Shown in pieces: positions 1 through 8,342 of a DNA stretch of 32,977 nt. The DNA comes from a virus (Duplodnaviria; Heunggongvirae; Uroviricota; Caudoviricetes): the IMG/VR virus record IMGVR_UViG_2713896908_000011, positions 1 through 32,977 of that record; one strand, written 5' to 3'. The stretch's first letter is position 1; every line of letters begins with the position of its first letter. The notes beneath the pieces were generated by a model. The model saw nothing but the letters and a program-made list of their open reading frames with translations. It had not been told where the DNA came from and did no database searches. The position numbers and the translations under genes were made by a program.

Positions 1-123
1 CAGGTTGGAATTCAGCCCGGCAGGCGCTCGCTGGGAATAGCCATCACCAAAGCGCACCTTTCTTACAGAAGGGGCCGAAGCCACATCCATACCGGGTTTC
101 ACTTTCCAGCGGAAGGTTTTCAT
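1..123 (-). CDS. M: minor tail protein M, 5' part only (gene continues past the window start)
   Basis: Reverse complement of 1..123 translates MKTFRWKVKPGMDVASAPSVRKVRFGDGYSQRAPAGLNSNL, which matches the N-terminus of lambda gpM as I recall it. ATG at 123..121 overlaps the TGA stop of the tape measure gene (ATGA overlap). Absent from the ORF track because it is truncated. Confidence 0.8.
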   Translation of the reverse strand, partial: MKTFRWKVKPGMDVASAPSVRKVRFGDGYSQRAPAGLNSNL

Positions 124-3100
124 CGTCCACCTCCGGAGAACAGGCCACCATCACGCATCTGTGTCTGAATTTCATCACGGGCACCCTTGCGGGCCATGTC
201 ATACACCGCCTTCAGAGCAGCCGGACCTATCTGCCCGTTCGTGCCGTCGTTGTTAATCACCACATGGTTATTCTGCTCAAACATCGCCATACCTGAACCA
301 CCAATATTTGCCACAACCCCCAGCTTACCGTCAGCACCACGGCGCAGTGGCAGAATGGCTTCAGGTCCCGCTTCCCCCATCACACCCGCGCCTTTTGCAA
401 AAGCAAAAAACGTCGGTCGGTTAACCACCGTGCCGCTGTAGCGACTCAAATCAGCCGACTGATAAACGCCACCATCAGCATTGGGCGTCACACTGGCAGC
501 GGCAGCACTCCCCCAGCCAAACGCCGAACCAATCCCCTTCACCGCCTGCATCATGGCCATCTGCGCCATAATTTTTGCCAGATCGGAAAGGAGTGAGGCG
601 GTAAAAGATTTGAAGTTCAGTTTTCCGGTGGTACAGAAGGTCGCCAGTGCATTACCAGCACTGTTAAATGCCGCTGTAAGCATCTGCTCAGCAGTGCCTG
701 CCGCATTATCCGCATCTGCCGTGAAATTCTGAAACGCCCGCATGGCACCGTTTTTCCAGTTACCCTGAGCAATTTCAAGCTGTTGCCAGTAACGGCGATT
801 CTCATTCAGTTGTCGGTTCAGGCTCTCCGTCAGCGCCTGCTCGGCCTTTCTGTAGTCATCCGTGTTATATGTCCCTTTCTGCTCACTATCCCGCCTCAAC
901 TGCTCCAGCTGTTGCTGGTATTTCTGGCGAAGACTCAGTTGTACCTGATATCGCTGCCGCTGCTGATCACCCATACCCACCGTGGCGATATCCAGGTCAT
1001 GTTGCTGACGCTGAGCGCGCTCTTCTTCAGCCAGTTGACTGGTCAGCTGAATTGTTTTTTTCTTCAGATCGTTGAGTGCCGTCTGTTTCTGAAGCTCCTG
1101 CTGTTTTACATCCAGCAGCGTCAGTGCCTGAATCAGTTCATCTTTACTGGCCAGCACACTCTTTTCATCTGCCGTCAGTTTTTTCCCGTCCAGATCGCTG
1201 ATGCGCTGCTGCAGAGCCAGAAGCTGTTTATGCGCTTCTGTCATCCTGTCAGTGGCAATGCCTGCTGACTGTCTTACAGCAGCAATCTGTCCTTCCACCT
1301 GTGCCTGTTGCTGGCTGTACTGCAGCAATAACCGGGTGGCCTCATCATTACGGGTTTCGCGTGTTTTTTTCTTACCGGATGCCAGGGCTTTCTCGTAACG
1401 TTCATTTTCACGTTGTATCGCCGCATCCCTGACAGCCTGATCGGCGTACTGCATGGCATTAATACGCGCAATTTCACGCTGATGTCGTGCTGCTTCCGTT
1501 TCATTCATCCGGTTCAGTGCAGCATTTTCAGCATTACGGCGTTTCTGTTGCTCCTGATAATTCCGCTCTGCCTGCTCTTTTGCATCCTGCAAATCCTTCT
1601 GGCGTTTTTTCTCCTGAAGATCGTTAAGACGCTGCTGATCGTATTCAACCTGAGAAGATGATGCCGTCCAGGGGAGTCTTTTCGCCCGCGACACTTTCTC
1701 CTGCAAAGTGGCAATCTGCGCATCCAGCGAGTCTTCACGACCAATATTCATGGCCGCATCCCAGAACTGCTTCCACCAGTCAGACAAGGTTTGCAGCGTA
1801 CTACCCAGCGCATTGAGGTTATTATCAATATCCGCAGTACGCCGACCGGTTTCCTCTGCCAGTGCAGACATGGCTATCCGTGCCGCATCACTGGACCGCC
1901 CCTGCTCTCCAAGGACGCGTATCTGCTCAAGCTGAGTGGCAGTAAGAAAATGCAGCTCATTGTCCAGAGACTTCGCGGCATTTACAGGATCATCCTTCAG
2001 CCGCTTAAACTGATTTATGGTATCGCTGACCGACTGGCCAACCGATCGCTCCATCTGTGCGGCAGCTCTCGCCACCATACCGATATCGTTTCCACGAAAT
2101 GCACCACTCCCCACCACCTGAGCAAGCGCACCGGCTGCAGCATGTTGCGTGATACCATTCCCGGAAATAGCACGACTGAGCGTCCACAGCTGCCCGGCAG
2201 TGACTCCGGCATAATGCCCCGTCAGCGACAGCTGGCGGTTAAATTCTTCCCCCTCCTTCTGACCGTCATACCAGGCTTTACCCAGACCATAGACAGCCGC
2301 GGCAATACCGCCAATAACCGCTCCTGGCATCATGCCTTTCGGTGACATCAGTGTGTCTATCCATCCGGCACGGTTAGCCAGCGTTATCCCGGATCCCCTC
2401 AGCGCCCCTAAATTGCCGCGGGCCAGTTCACCTATCAGAACGCCTATCTCCTGGCGGGCTGCTGCACTTTTCAGACCCAGCGAATGCGTGGCTTTTCCTG
2501 CCTGCTCCATTTTGCGGATATACACTTCTGCAGCACTGCTTACCCCCAGCTGGGCTGCCTTAGCACGAAGCAACTCAGAAGATGAAAGATTCTGGCGGGT
2601 TGCCTGCTCTTTAAGCTGACGGATAAACGCCACTTTCTGTCGGGTAGCCTCTTCCTCAGCCTGTGTAAGAACACGGGTTTTCGCAGTAACCTCAGAAATC
2701 AGCGCCAGATAATCCTGCTGGCCAATCCCGCCACTGTTTCTGGCCTGTCGGATCTGCTGCTGAATACGCTGTAATTCCTGCAGCCCCGCACTGGCCTGTT
2801 TCACACTGTCAATCTGACGATAAAACGCAGCAACCGCTTTATCCTGAGCCTCCGCCAGAGCCATGGCCTGCGCCTGTTCCTCGCGCATTTTCTGGCTCAG
2901 TGCCTCCATACGCTGGCGGGTTTGCTCCACCTCGCGGGCCATGCGTTCATGAGCCTGTGCGTTCTTCTCCACCGTCTGCGCATGGACGGATGCGGCTGTT
3001 GCAGCCGAAGACGCCGCCTGCGTTGTCTGCCGGGCGGCCTGAGTCTGACGCTCCATAAAACGCTGCATACGGGCAGAAGACCGTTCTGCATCGCTGGCTG

Positions 3101-3194
3101 CACCATTCAGAAGGTTTTTGATACGGGGAATTTCATTTTTAAACTCTGCCGCATCAATCCCCAAATCAATGACCAGGTTGGCTATCTGGTCCAT
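120..3194 (-). CDS. H: tail tape measure protein (lambda gpH-like)
   Basis: 1034-aa ORF (120..3224), Q/A/R/E-rich and coiled-coil-like, sitting between the G/T chaperone genes and M. Segment MDQIANLVIDLGIDAAEFKNEI resembles the lambda H N-terminus, so start is placed at the internal Met (3194); the track start at 3224 is the alternative. Confidence 0.9.
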   Translation of the reverse strand: MDQIANLVIDLGIDAAEFKNEIPRIKNLLNGAASDAERSSARMQRFMERQTQAARQTTQAASSAATAASVHAQTVEKNAQAHERMAREVEQTRQRMEALSQKMREEQAQAMALAEAQDKAVAAFYRQIDSVKQASAGLQELQRIQQQIRQARNSGGIGQQDYLALISEVTAKTRVLTQAEEEATRQKVAFIRQLKEQATRQNLSSSELLRAKAAQLGVSSAAEVYIRKMEQAGKATHSLGLKSAAARQEIGVLIGELARGNLGALRGSGITLANRAGWIDTLMSPKGMMPGAVIGGIAAAVYGLGKAWYDGQKEGEEFNRQLSLTGHYAGVTAGQLWTLSRAISGNGITQHAAAGALAQVVGSGAFRGNDIGMVARAAAQMERSVGQSVSDTINQFKRLKDDPVNAAKSLDNELHFLTATQLEQIRVLGEQGRSSDAARIAMSALAEETGRRTADIDNNLNALGSTLQTLSDWWKQFWDAAMNIGREDSLDAQIATLQEKVSRAKRLPWTASSSQVEYDQQRLNDLQEKKRQKDLQDAKEQAERNYQEQQKRRNAENAALNRMNETEAARHQREIARINAMQYADQAVRDAAIQRENERYEKALASGKKKTRETRNDEATRLLLQYSQQQAQVEGQIAAVRQSAGIATDRMTEAHKQLLALQQRISDLDGKKLTADEKSVLASKDELIQALTLLDVKQQELQKQTALNDLKKKTIQLTSQLAEEERAQRQQHDLDIATVGMGDQQRQRYQVQLSLRQKYQQQLEQLRRDSEQKGTYNTDDYRKAEQALTESLNRQLNENRRYWQQLEIAQGNWKNGAMRAFQNFTADADNAAGTAEQMLTAAFNSAGNALATFCTTGKLNFKSFTASLLSDLAKIMAQMAMMQAVKGIGSAFGWGSAAAASVTPNADGGVYQSADLSRYSGTVVNRPTFFAFAKGAGVMGEAGPEAILPLRRGADGKLGVVANIGGSGMAMFEQNNHVVINNDGTNGQIGPAALKAVYDMARKGARDEIQTQMRDGGLFSGGGR

Positions 3195-3495
3195 AACGCA
3201 CACCTCCGGAAATACCTTCCCCAAGATGCATCAGTTCTTCGTCCGTTCGCTCCGGTATCCCGTTCTCTTCCGGTAAAAGGCTGAAATCAGCCACCGCAGC
3301 ATCACTGCTGCCGGACACCATTCTCACGATCAATGCCTTCAGCGAGGCAAACTGCGCATCCATCCACACATCACTGAAGCTCTGCATCCGGAAATAATCG
3401 CCCCACTCACCAAGCTCAGTGGCCGACATTTCCGACAGCATCCGCCGCCAGTCTGCCCACCGGAACTCCCGGGCAAGCCGCATGACAAACTGCAT
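3166..3495 (-). CDS. T: tail assembly protein T segment (expressed as G-T fusion by -1 frameshift)
   Basis: 109-aa ORF in the -1 frame relative to G, overlapping the G 3' end and the H 5' end. This is the lambda G/GT arrangement; a slippery-like CCGGAAAAG lies at 3510..3518 just before the G stop. Confidence 0.6.
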   Translation of the reverse strand: MQFVMRLAREFRWADWRRMLSEMSATELGEWGDYFRMQSFSDVWMDAQFASLKALIVRMVSGSSDAAVADFSLLPEENGIPERTDEELMHLGEGISGGVRYGPDSQPGH

Positions 3496-3503
3496 TTCCC
3501 GCG

Positions 3504-3893
3504 TCAGGACTTTTCCGGCGTCAGCACCTCATGCTCCAGATCCCCGGCATTCTCAATGGCACCCATACCGCTCAGCGACAGAACCATCTCCGCCCCCGCT
3601 CCCAGGGCATCATACGACCATGTTGTAATAACGGATGCGCAAAGCGTCTCAACATCCTGAGACTGTTCCGCATTCCACAGTGAGCGGGAAACCAGCCAGG
3701 CATTGATATCCATCCCCATCCGCAGAAAAGCAATCTGTCGTTCAGCCTCCGGCAGTTCTCCCTCTTCGGCATCAAACTTTGCCGTTCGCTGCTGAACAAA
3801 CGCCAGATATTCAATTCTCTGCAGCCCGGACAGCTCACTGAGCACCACGGACTGCTTTTCATAATTAAACGTGCCCTGTTTCAGAAACATCAT
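3504..3893 (-). CDS. G: tail assembly chaperone G
   Basis: Translation from the internal Met (MMFLKQGTFNYEKQSVVLSELSGLQRIEYLA...) parallels lambda gpG as I recall it (MFLKTESFEHNGVTVTLSELSALQRIEHLA...). GGAG Shine-Dalgarno precedes the ATG at 3893; the track ORF extends to 3932 but that stretch holds a terminator hairpin. Confidence 0.8.
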   Translation of the reverse strand: MMFLKQGTFNYEKQSVVLSELSGLQRIEYLAFVQQRTAKFDAEEGELPEAERQIAFLRMGMDINAWLVSRSLWNAEQSQDVETLCASVITTWSYDALGAGAEMVLSLSGMGAIENAGDLEHEVLTPEKS

Positions 3894-3906
3894 GTTCTCC
3901 ACCTGC

Positions 3907-3930
3907 AAAAAAGCCCCGGATAACCGGGGC
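3907..3930 (-). terminator. rho-independent terminator after major tail gene V
   Basis: Perfect hairpin GCCCCGG-ATAA-CCGGGGC (plus 3913..3930); on the minus-strand transcript it is followed by a U6 run (plus A-run 3907..3912). Lies between the V stop (3951) and the G start (3893). Confidence 0.7.
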
Positions 3931-3950
3931 AAATGATGAGTATCGTCCTG

Positions 3951-4694
3951 TTAACCTGCGGCGCTGACAGCCACCGTAGCCACTGCCACAAAATCGCCGT
4001 CAGAAGTCATGCCCACAATGCTGACACTGCCCTGCTTCACGCCTTTCACCGTGGCCACAAGCCCGTTCAGAGTCACCGTGGCAGTCTGTGGATCTGTCGA
4101 ATGCACACTGATCGCTTTGTCACTGGCTCCGTCAGGTTTTACTGTAAAGGTCAGCGTGGTGGTTGCTCCCACTTTTACACTGGCAGATGCCGGTGCCACC
4201 GTCAGCCCGGTAACGCTCACGGTTTCAGTGCCTTCCTCTGCCAGATACGGACGCCCCACACCGCTGATTTTCACAGTGCGGGTCATCACGTCTTTTGAGG
4301 CAATGGTTTTACCCAGTGAGCTCAGCCAGCCGCGGAAAACATCAACAGTACCGTTGGGATATTTGATACGAAACGCGCAGACTTCACCGGAGTCGAACAA
4401 CTGAACCAGTTTTTTCTGCCCGCTGTCACCCGGACGCCAGGCCAGCGTCGCCGAAGTATCACCAACGGATTTCTGCCCCTGGGTTGTCGTTTTCCAGTCT
4501 GCATCCTCATCATCGAGATAAGTGTCATCTTCTGCATCAGCGGTCATTTCGCCAGGTTGCAGATCCTTCACCATCGCAAGACGCAGCCAGTCAGTGTCCG
4601 ACAAAGGGTTCGCAAACGCATCGCCGTTGCCGGTATACATCCAGAACGTCGTCCCCGCACCTTTCGTCTTTGCCAGTGGATTTGGTGTGGTCAT
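3951..4694 (-). CDS. V: major tail protein V with C-terminal Ig-like (Big_2-type) domain
   Basis: From the internal Met, MTTPNPLAKTKGAGTTFWMYTGNGDAFANPLSDTDW... closely parallels lambda gpV; AAGGAGGTG Shine-Dalgarno precedes the ATG at 4694. The C-terminal T/V/S-rich repeat region looks like the Ig-like domain. Confidence 0.9.
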   Translation of the reverse strand: MTTPNPLAKTKGAGTTFWMYTGNGDAFANPLSDTDWLRLAMVKDLQPGEMTADAEDDTYLDDEDADWKTTTQGQKSVGDTSATLAWRPGDSGQKKLVQLFDSGEVCAFRIKYPNGTVDVFRGWLSSLGKTIASKDVMTRTVKISGVGRPYLAEEGTETVSVTGLTVAPASASVKVGATTTLTFTVKPDGASDKAISVHSTDPQTATVTLNGLVATVKGVKQGSVSIVGMTSDGDFVAVATVAVSAAG

Positions 4695-4704
4695 TACCAC
4701 CTCC

Positions 4705-5118
4705 TTAATTCGTGTACGTGATCTGGTACGTGATTTCCGCCATCGCCCAGGTGGCCATCTCATTATCACGTTGATAGTTAAAACCGAGTGGGATCAGGGT
4801 GTCGATGAGTCCGGAAAGTGCCGGTACATCATTCAGGGCCGGGAAAATGGTGCTCTCCATCCACATATCCAGCTCTGAATCCGGTGCCTGTGCCCGGATG
4901 AAGACAGCAATATGCAGAACAGCCTGCCAGTCATCTTCATCCGTCATTTTTCCGGTGTACTGAGCATCACTCAGCCACACCGCCACGGCAGGCAGTTCCT
5001 GCGCATCAACAAATGCCGGAAGCCCGTCAAAAAACGTGGCGCTGTCTCCACACTGCTCCCGAAGGCGTGCCAGTACGACCTGGCGGATTTGTGTATGTCG
5101 GTTCATCGGGTCAGCCAT
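4705..5118 (-). CDS. U: tail terminator protein U
   Basis: Sequence ...ATFFDGLPAFVDAQELPAVAVWLSDAQYTGKMTDED...PDSELDMWMES... parallels lambda gpU. An alternative start at 5106 overlaps the Z stop (ATGA). Confidence 0.85.
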   Translation of the reverse strand: MADPMNRHTQIRQVVLARLREQCGDSATFFDGLPAFVDAQELPAVAVWLSDAQYTGKMTDEDDWQAVLHIAVFIRAQAPDSELDMWMESTIFPALNDVPALSGLIDTLIPLGFNYQRDNEMATWAMAEITYQITYTN

Positions 5119-5681
5119 AACCTCAGTTGTTGTTTCAGTGCATACCCCAGCTGTTTCGGCATTTCCGCAGCAATGATGCGGTCGCGGGCATCTTCAAATG
5201 CCTGTGTCAGCGGTCCGGAAAGCGGGATTTTCACCACATCAATGGGGTAACGATTTTTGCCATCAATACGCCGCATCACATGCCAGCGACCATTCGCCAG
5301 TTGCTGAATAAACGCATCCCGGAAAAGATATTTACCCACCTTCAGCACACAGCCACGGTACTGCAGTTTTCCACCACGCCGGGCCAGTCTGACCCGGGCT
5401 GTCCCCAGCTTAATGGCGGGCAGATTGCCCCGGTTAACGCGGATCCTGGCCGTCATTTTTCCTGACGGACTGGCTTTAAACACCCGGACACGCTGACGTA
5501 CCAGTTTCAGGGGGATCCCTTTCACCTGGTTATCTCCCGCAACGGTATTCCCGGCAACCTGCCGGGTGGCAACCGAGACCGCTTTCTGTGCCACACGGTT
5601 TATCGCCCATGCGCTGGCCTGTGGCACCATACGGGTATCAAGGCTGTTCAGATTGCGGATGGCATTCTCAAGCCCCTTCAT
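5103..5681 (-). CDS. Z: minor tail protein Z (tail completion)
   Basis: 192-aa ORF in the lambda Z position between FII-like and U; size matches lambda gpZ (192 aa as I recall). Confidence 0.75.
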   Translation of the reverse strand: MKGLENAIRNLNSLDTRMVPQASAWAINRVAQKAVSVATRQVAGNTVAGDNQVKGIPLKLVRQRVRVFKASPSGKMTARIRVNRGNLPAIKLGTARVRLARRGGKLQYRGCVLKVGKYLFRDAFIQQLANGRWHVMRRIDGKNRYPIDVVKIPLSGPLTQAFEDARDRIIAAEMPKQLGYALKQQLRLWLTR

Positions 5682-5692
5682 CCCACACCTCT

Positions 5693-5968
5693 TTACTCAA
5701 TAAAGATCATTGGCTTACCGTTAAAACGTTCATGCCGTGTGACCGTCCATTGTTGTCCGTCATAAACAACGCGATCCCCGCGCCGTGGGCGGTATCCCGA
5801 AGAAAACACCACCAGAGAGACCGCAGGTCCGGACAGAGCATTCAGTTCTGCCAGTGTTTCGCCCGGGATCACAGCCATATCGACATCATTAATCGAGGCT
5901 GTCTTTCCCATCTTTCTGACCGTGATCGCATCCATACGCGCTGCCAGCCGGGAAAAGGGATCAGACAT
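5693..5968 (-). CDS. head-tail connector protein (gpFII-like)
   Basis: 91-aa ORF directly upstream of Z in the late operon; assignment is by position and size only. Confidence 0.55.
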   Translation of the reverse strand: MSDPFSRLAARMDAITVRKMGKTASINDVDMAVIPGETLAELNALSGPAVSLVVFSSGYRPRRGDRVVYDGQQWTVTRHERFNGKPMIFIE

Positions 5969-6284
5969 TGAGTTTTACCGGCACTTCTTCTGCACTGGTT
6001 CCGGCATCTGCCCAGACAACCCCGACCAGCGGATCAGAGCCGCTGTTAGTCAGCTGAACTTTTCCGGACTTCAGATAAACCTTCTTACCCGTTTTCATGT
6101 CATCCGTTTTCAGTTTAGGCAGGATAAACACACCTTCGGTCATGCCGTCGCCTGTTTCACCCTGTGGAATATCGGTCAGCGCCACCGCAAAAACATCACC
6201 CACCTGCACCAGATCTCCGCTGCTGATGGCAGCACTGGCAACAATCGCCACCGTTTTTCCTTCTTCTACAAAATTCTTTGCCAT
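5961..6284 (-). CDS. small head protein, DUF2190-like (putative capsid decoration/cement or head completion)
   Basis: Start set at the internal Met (MAKNFVEEGKTVAIVASAAISSGDLVQVGDVF...) preceded by GGAGACAG. Lies between the capsid gene and the connector. Family assignment is from memory. Confidence 0.55.
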   Translation of the reverse strand: MAKNFVEEGKTVAIVASAAISSGDLVQVGDVFAVALTDIPQGETGDGMTEGVFILPKLKTDDMKTGKKVYLKSGKVQLTNSGSDPLVGVVWADAGTSAEEVPVKLNV

Positions 6285-6326
6285 AACTGTCTCCGCACAG
6301 CCCCGTTCAGGGGCTGATTTCAGGTA

Positions 6327-6347
6327 CAAAAAAAGCCCTTACGGGCC
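6327..6347 (-). terminator. candidate rho-independent terminator after capsid gene
   Basis: Short GC hairpin (plus GCCC-TTAC-GGGC, 6335..6346) that on the minus transcript is followed by U7 (plus A-run 6328..6334). Lies between the capsid stop (6371) and the next gene start (6284). Confidence 0.4.
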
Positions 6348-6370
6348 ATCAGAGTTGTTGTCTGCGACGT

Positions 6371-8329
6371 TTACGCCGTACATTTCACCAGACCGCGGTG
6401 ATCAACTGGCGCGACACCGGCGTCAATACGCACTTTCGTTGTCACGCCATCCACACTGAAGCCCTCCATCTGATCAATATATGGCGTATCCACACCGTTG
6501 AGATAAGCCACTTCAATCGTATCGGAGCCTTTGGACGCAGCCAGGTAGAAGGTGGTCTGGCTGTTATCATCAAGACGAGGCTCTGCAATAACGGTCGCAA
6601 AATCTTTCACCGGGTTAATAATACCGGCGTTAATGTCAGCCCCCTTGACACTTGAGGAGCGAATGACCTGGTTAGCAACAGACTCCATCGCCGTCGGTAC
6701 CAGTACGAACGCAGGACGAATATTCAGATGACGCTCCCCCTCTTTCTGAACGCGCATCAACTGGCGGGCTTTATCCAGCGATGCCACGTCCATTGCAGCG
6801 CTCTCCAGTACGTTTGCATGTTTCGCTTTATCGAACAGACTTACATTATCTGTGGAGATTTTCGGGTTAGACGTCAGAATGGCATAAACCAGATCGGCAA
6901 TGGTGGATTTCGCCGCACGGCCCAGTTTCATCGGGACATCGGTCAGCATATTCAGATCATCATTGATAATGGCCTGACGGGTGATACTGAACAGCTCGCC
7001 ATAGGTCGCCAGTGCAATAGTGGCCTGTTTATCTCCGGTGGTGACGTATTTATATTCCGCCCCTTCACGCACCTGACGCAGAGCACTGAAGCCCCCCATA
7101 CCCACACGATGGGCAATTTTAAAATCAGACAACTGACCTTTCCGCGTCCACTGTTCATAGGTTTCAGGAGCATCTTCCCAGCCCTGCAGAATGGCTTTGT
7201 TCGCAACATCCAGCAGAATATTACCGAAGTCAGACGTACTGTGTGTGAACGCCGCACCGACCATCTGCATCGGGTTATAACCGGAAACCCCAATACCCCG
7301 TTCAGTCAGTGACATACGGGCATATTCACGCAGGGTCATCCCGTTGTAGACATTATCACGTTCGGTTTTTTCAAATCCGGCACGCGCCATCAGCGCCTGG
7401 CGGATCCCGTCCCCCACAAAATTACCGTTACCGGCATAAATATGAGCCGGGGTATTTTTATTGGATGGCGTGGACTCGCGCCCCATCTCGTTCAACAGCT
7501 TTTCGCGGGCCTGCTCCAGCGAACATTCAGGATCGGCAAGACACTGAGCCTGCAGCGTCTGATAACGCCCGCCAAACATGGCAAACAGATCATTAATACC
7601 GTTTACACGCGCTTTTTGCTCTGCCAGTACCTGCGCACGGATACTGTTTTCATCCACCACGGGTGCTGCTGCCTGCACTGGCGTCCGGGAGGCTGCAGGT
7701 TCATCATCCTGTACGCGTGGAGCACTGTTGCGTGGCGGAGTAATCATGTTTCGAATGGATTCCGGCATCTTTTTAAATTCCTCTGTACGTTTTGACTGAA
7801 TACATGCCATTGCCTTAACGGCTGGCGTTACCTGATCAGCAAATCCATGTGCCAGACATTCGGCACCGGACATCCAGGTCTCATCCGCCAGCATGGCAGC
7901 AATTTCATCGGTGGTTTTCCCGGTTTTCTGTGCATAAGCGGGTAACAGAACCGCCTCAACTTTATCGAGCAGGTCGGCATAGGTGCGCATGTCCTCCGCA
8001 TCACCGCCCGTAAAGCCAAATGGTTTATGAATCATCATGAAAGTGTTTTCCGGCATAATGACCGGGTTTCCCACCATCGCAATGACCGACGCCATTGACG
8101 CCGCCACACCGTCGACATAAACGGTAATGGACGCACCATGTGTTTTCAGTGCATTAAAAATGGCGATGCCTTCAAAGACATCGCCACCCGGTGAATTAAT
8201 ATGAAGATTAATGTGGGTGATATCGCCCAGTGCATTCAGATCACTGATAAACTGCTTCGCTGTAACACCCCAGAAACCAATCTCGTCATAAATATAAATA
8301 TCCGCGTCACTCTGGTGACCAGCCTGCAT
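6371..8329 (-). CDS. prohead protease (ClpP/S14-like) fused to scaffold-like linker and HK97-fold major capsid protein
   Basis: Start set at internal Met (MQAGHQSDADIYIYDEIGFWG...) 14 nt past the portal stop. N-terminal part has a ClpP-like signature (INSPGGDV, GVAASMAS, MMIHKP); C-terminal ~350 aa look like an HK97-type capsid protein. The track ORF (to 8590) overlaps the portal gene and is probably over-extended. Confidence 0.85.
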   Translation of the reverse strand: MQAGHQSDADIYIYDEIGFWGVTAKQFISDLNALGDITHINLHINSPGGDVFEGIAIFNALKTHGASITVYVDGVAASMASVIAMVGNPVIMPENTFMMIHKPFGFTGGDAEDMRTYADLLDKVEAVLLPAYAQKTGKTTDEIAAMLADETWMSGAECLAHGFADQVTPAVKAMACIQSKRTEEFKKMPESIRNMITPPRNSAPRVQDDEPAASRTPVQAAAPVVDENSIRAQVLAEQKARVNGINDLFAMFGGRYQTLQAQCLADPECSLEQAREKLLNEMGRESTPSNKNTPAHIYAGNGNFVGDGIRQALMARAGFEKTERDNVYNGMTLREYARMSLTERGIGVSGYNPMQMVGAAFTHSTSDFGNILLDVANKAILQGWEDAPETYEQWTRKGQLSDFKIAHRVGMGGFSALRQVREGAEYKYVTTGDKQATIALATYGELFSITRQAIINDDLNMLTDVPMKLGRAAKSTIADLVYAILTSNPKISTDNVSLFDKAKHANVLESAAMDVASLDKARQLMRVQKEGERHLNIRPAFVLVPTAMESVANQVIRSSSVKGADINAGIINPVKDFATVIAEPRLDDNSQTTFYLAASKGSDTIEVAYLNGVDTPYIDQMEGFSVDGVTTKVRIDAGVAPVDHRGLVKCTA

Positions 8330-8342
8330 CCTGAACCAGGAA

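Noticed and set aside
187-2619. Numerous plus-strand ORFs (for example 783..1268, 1791..2345, 2332..2619) inside the tape measure gene
   Set aside because: All are antisense to a long, well-supported tail gene with recognisable lambda H-like features; they are probably spurious ORFs on the strand opposite a long gene.
6398-7799. Plus-strand ORFs (6728..7312, 7442..7795 and others) inside the protease-capsid gene
   Set aside because: Antisense to a conserved structural gene, with no start signals or recognisable motifs.
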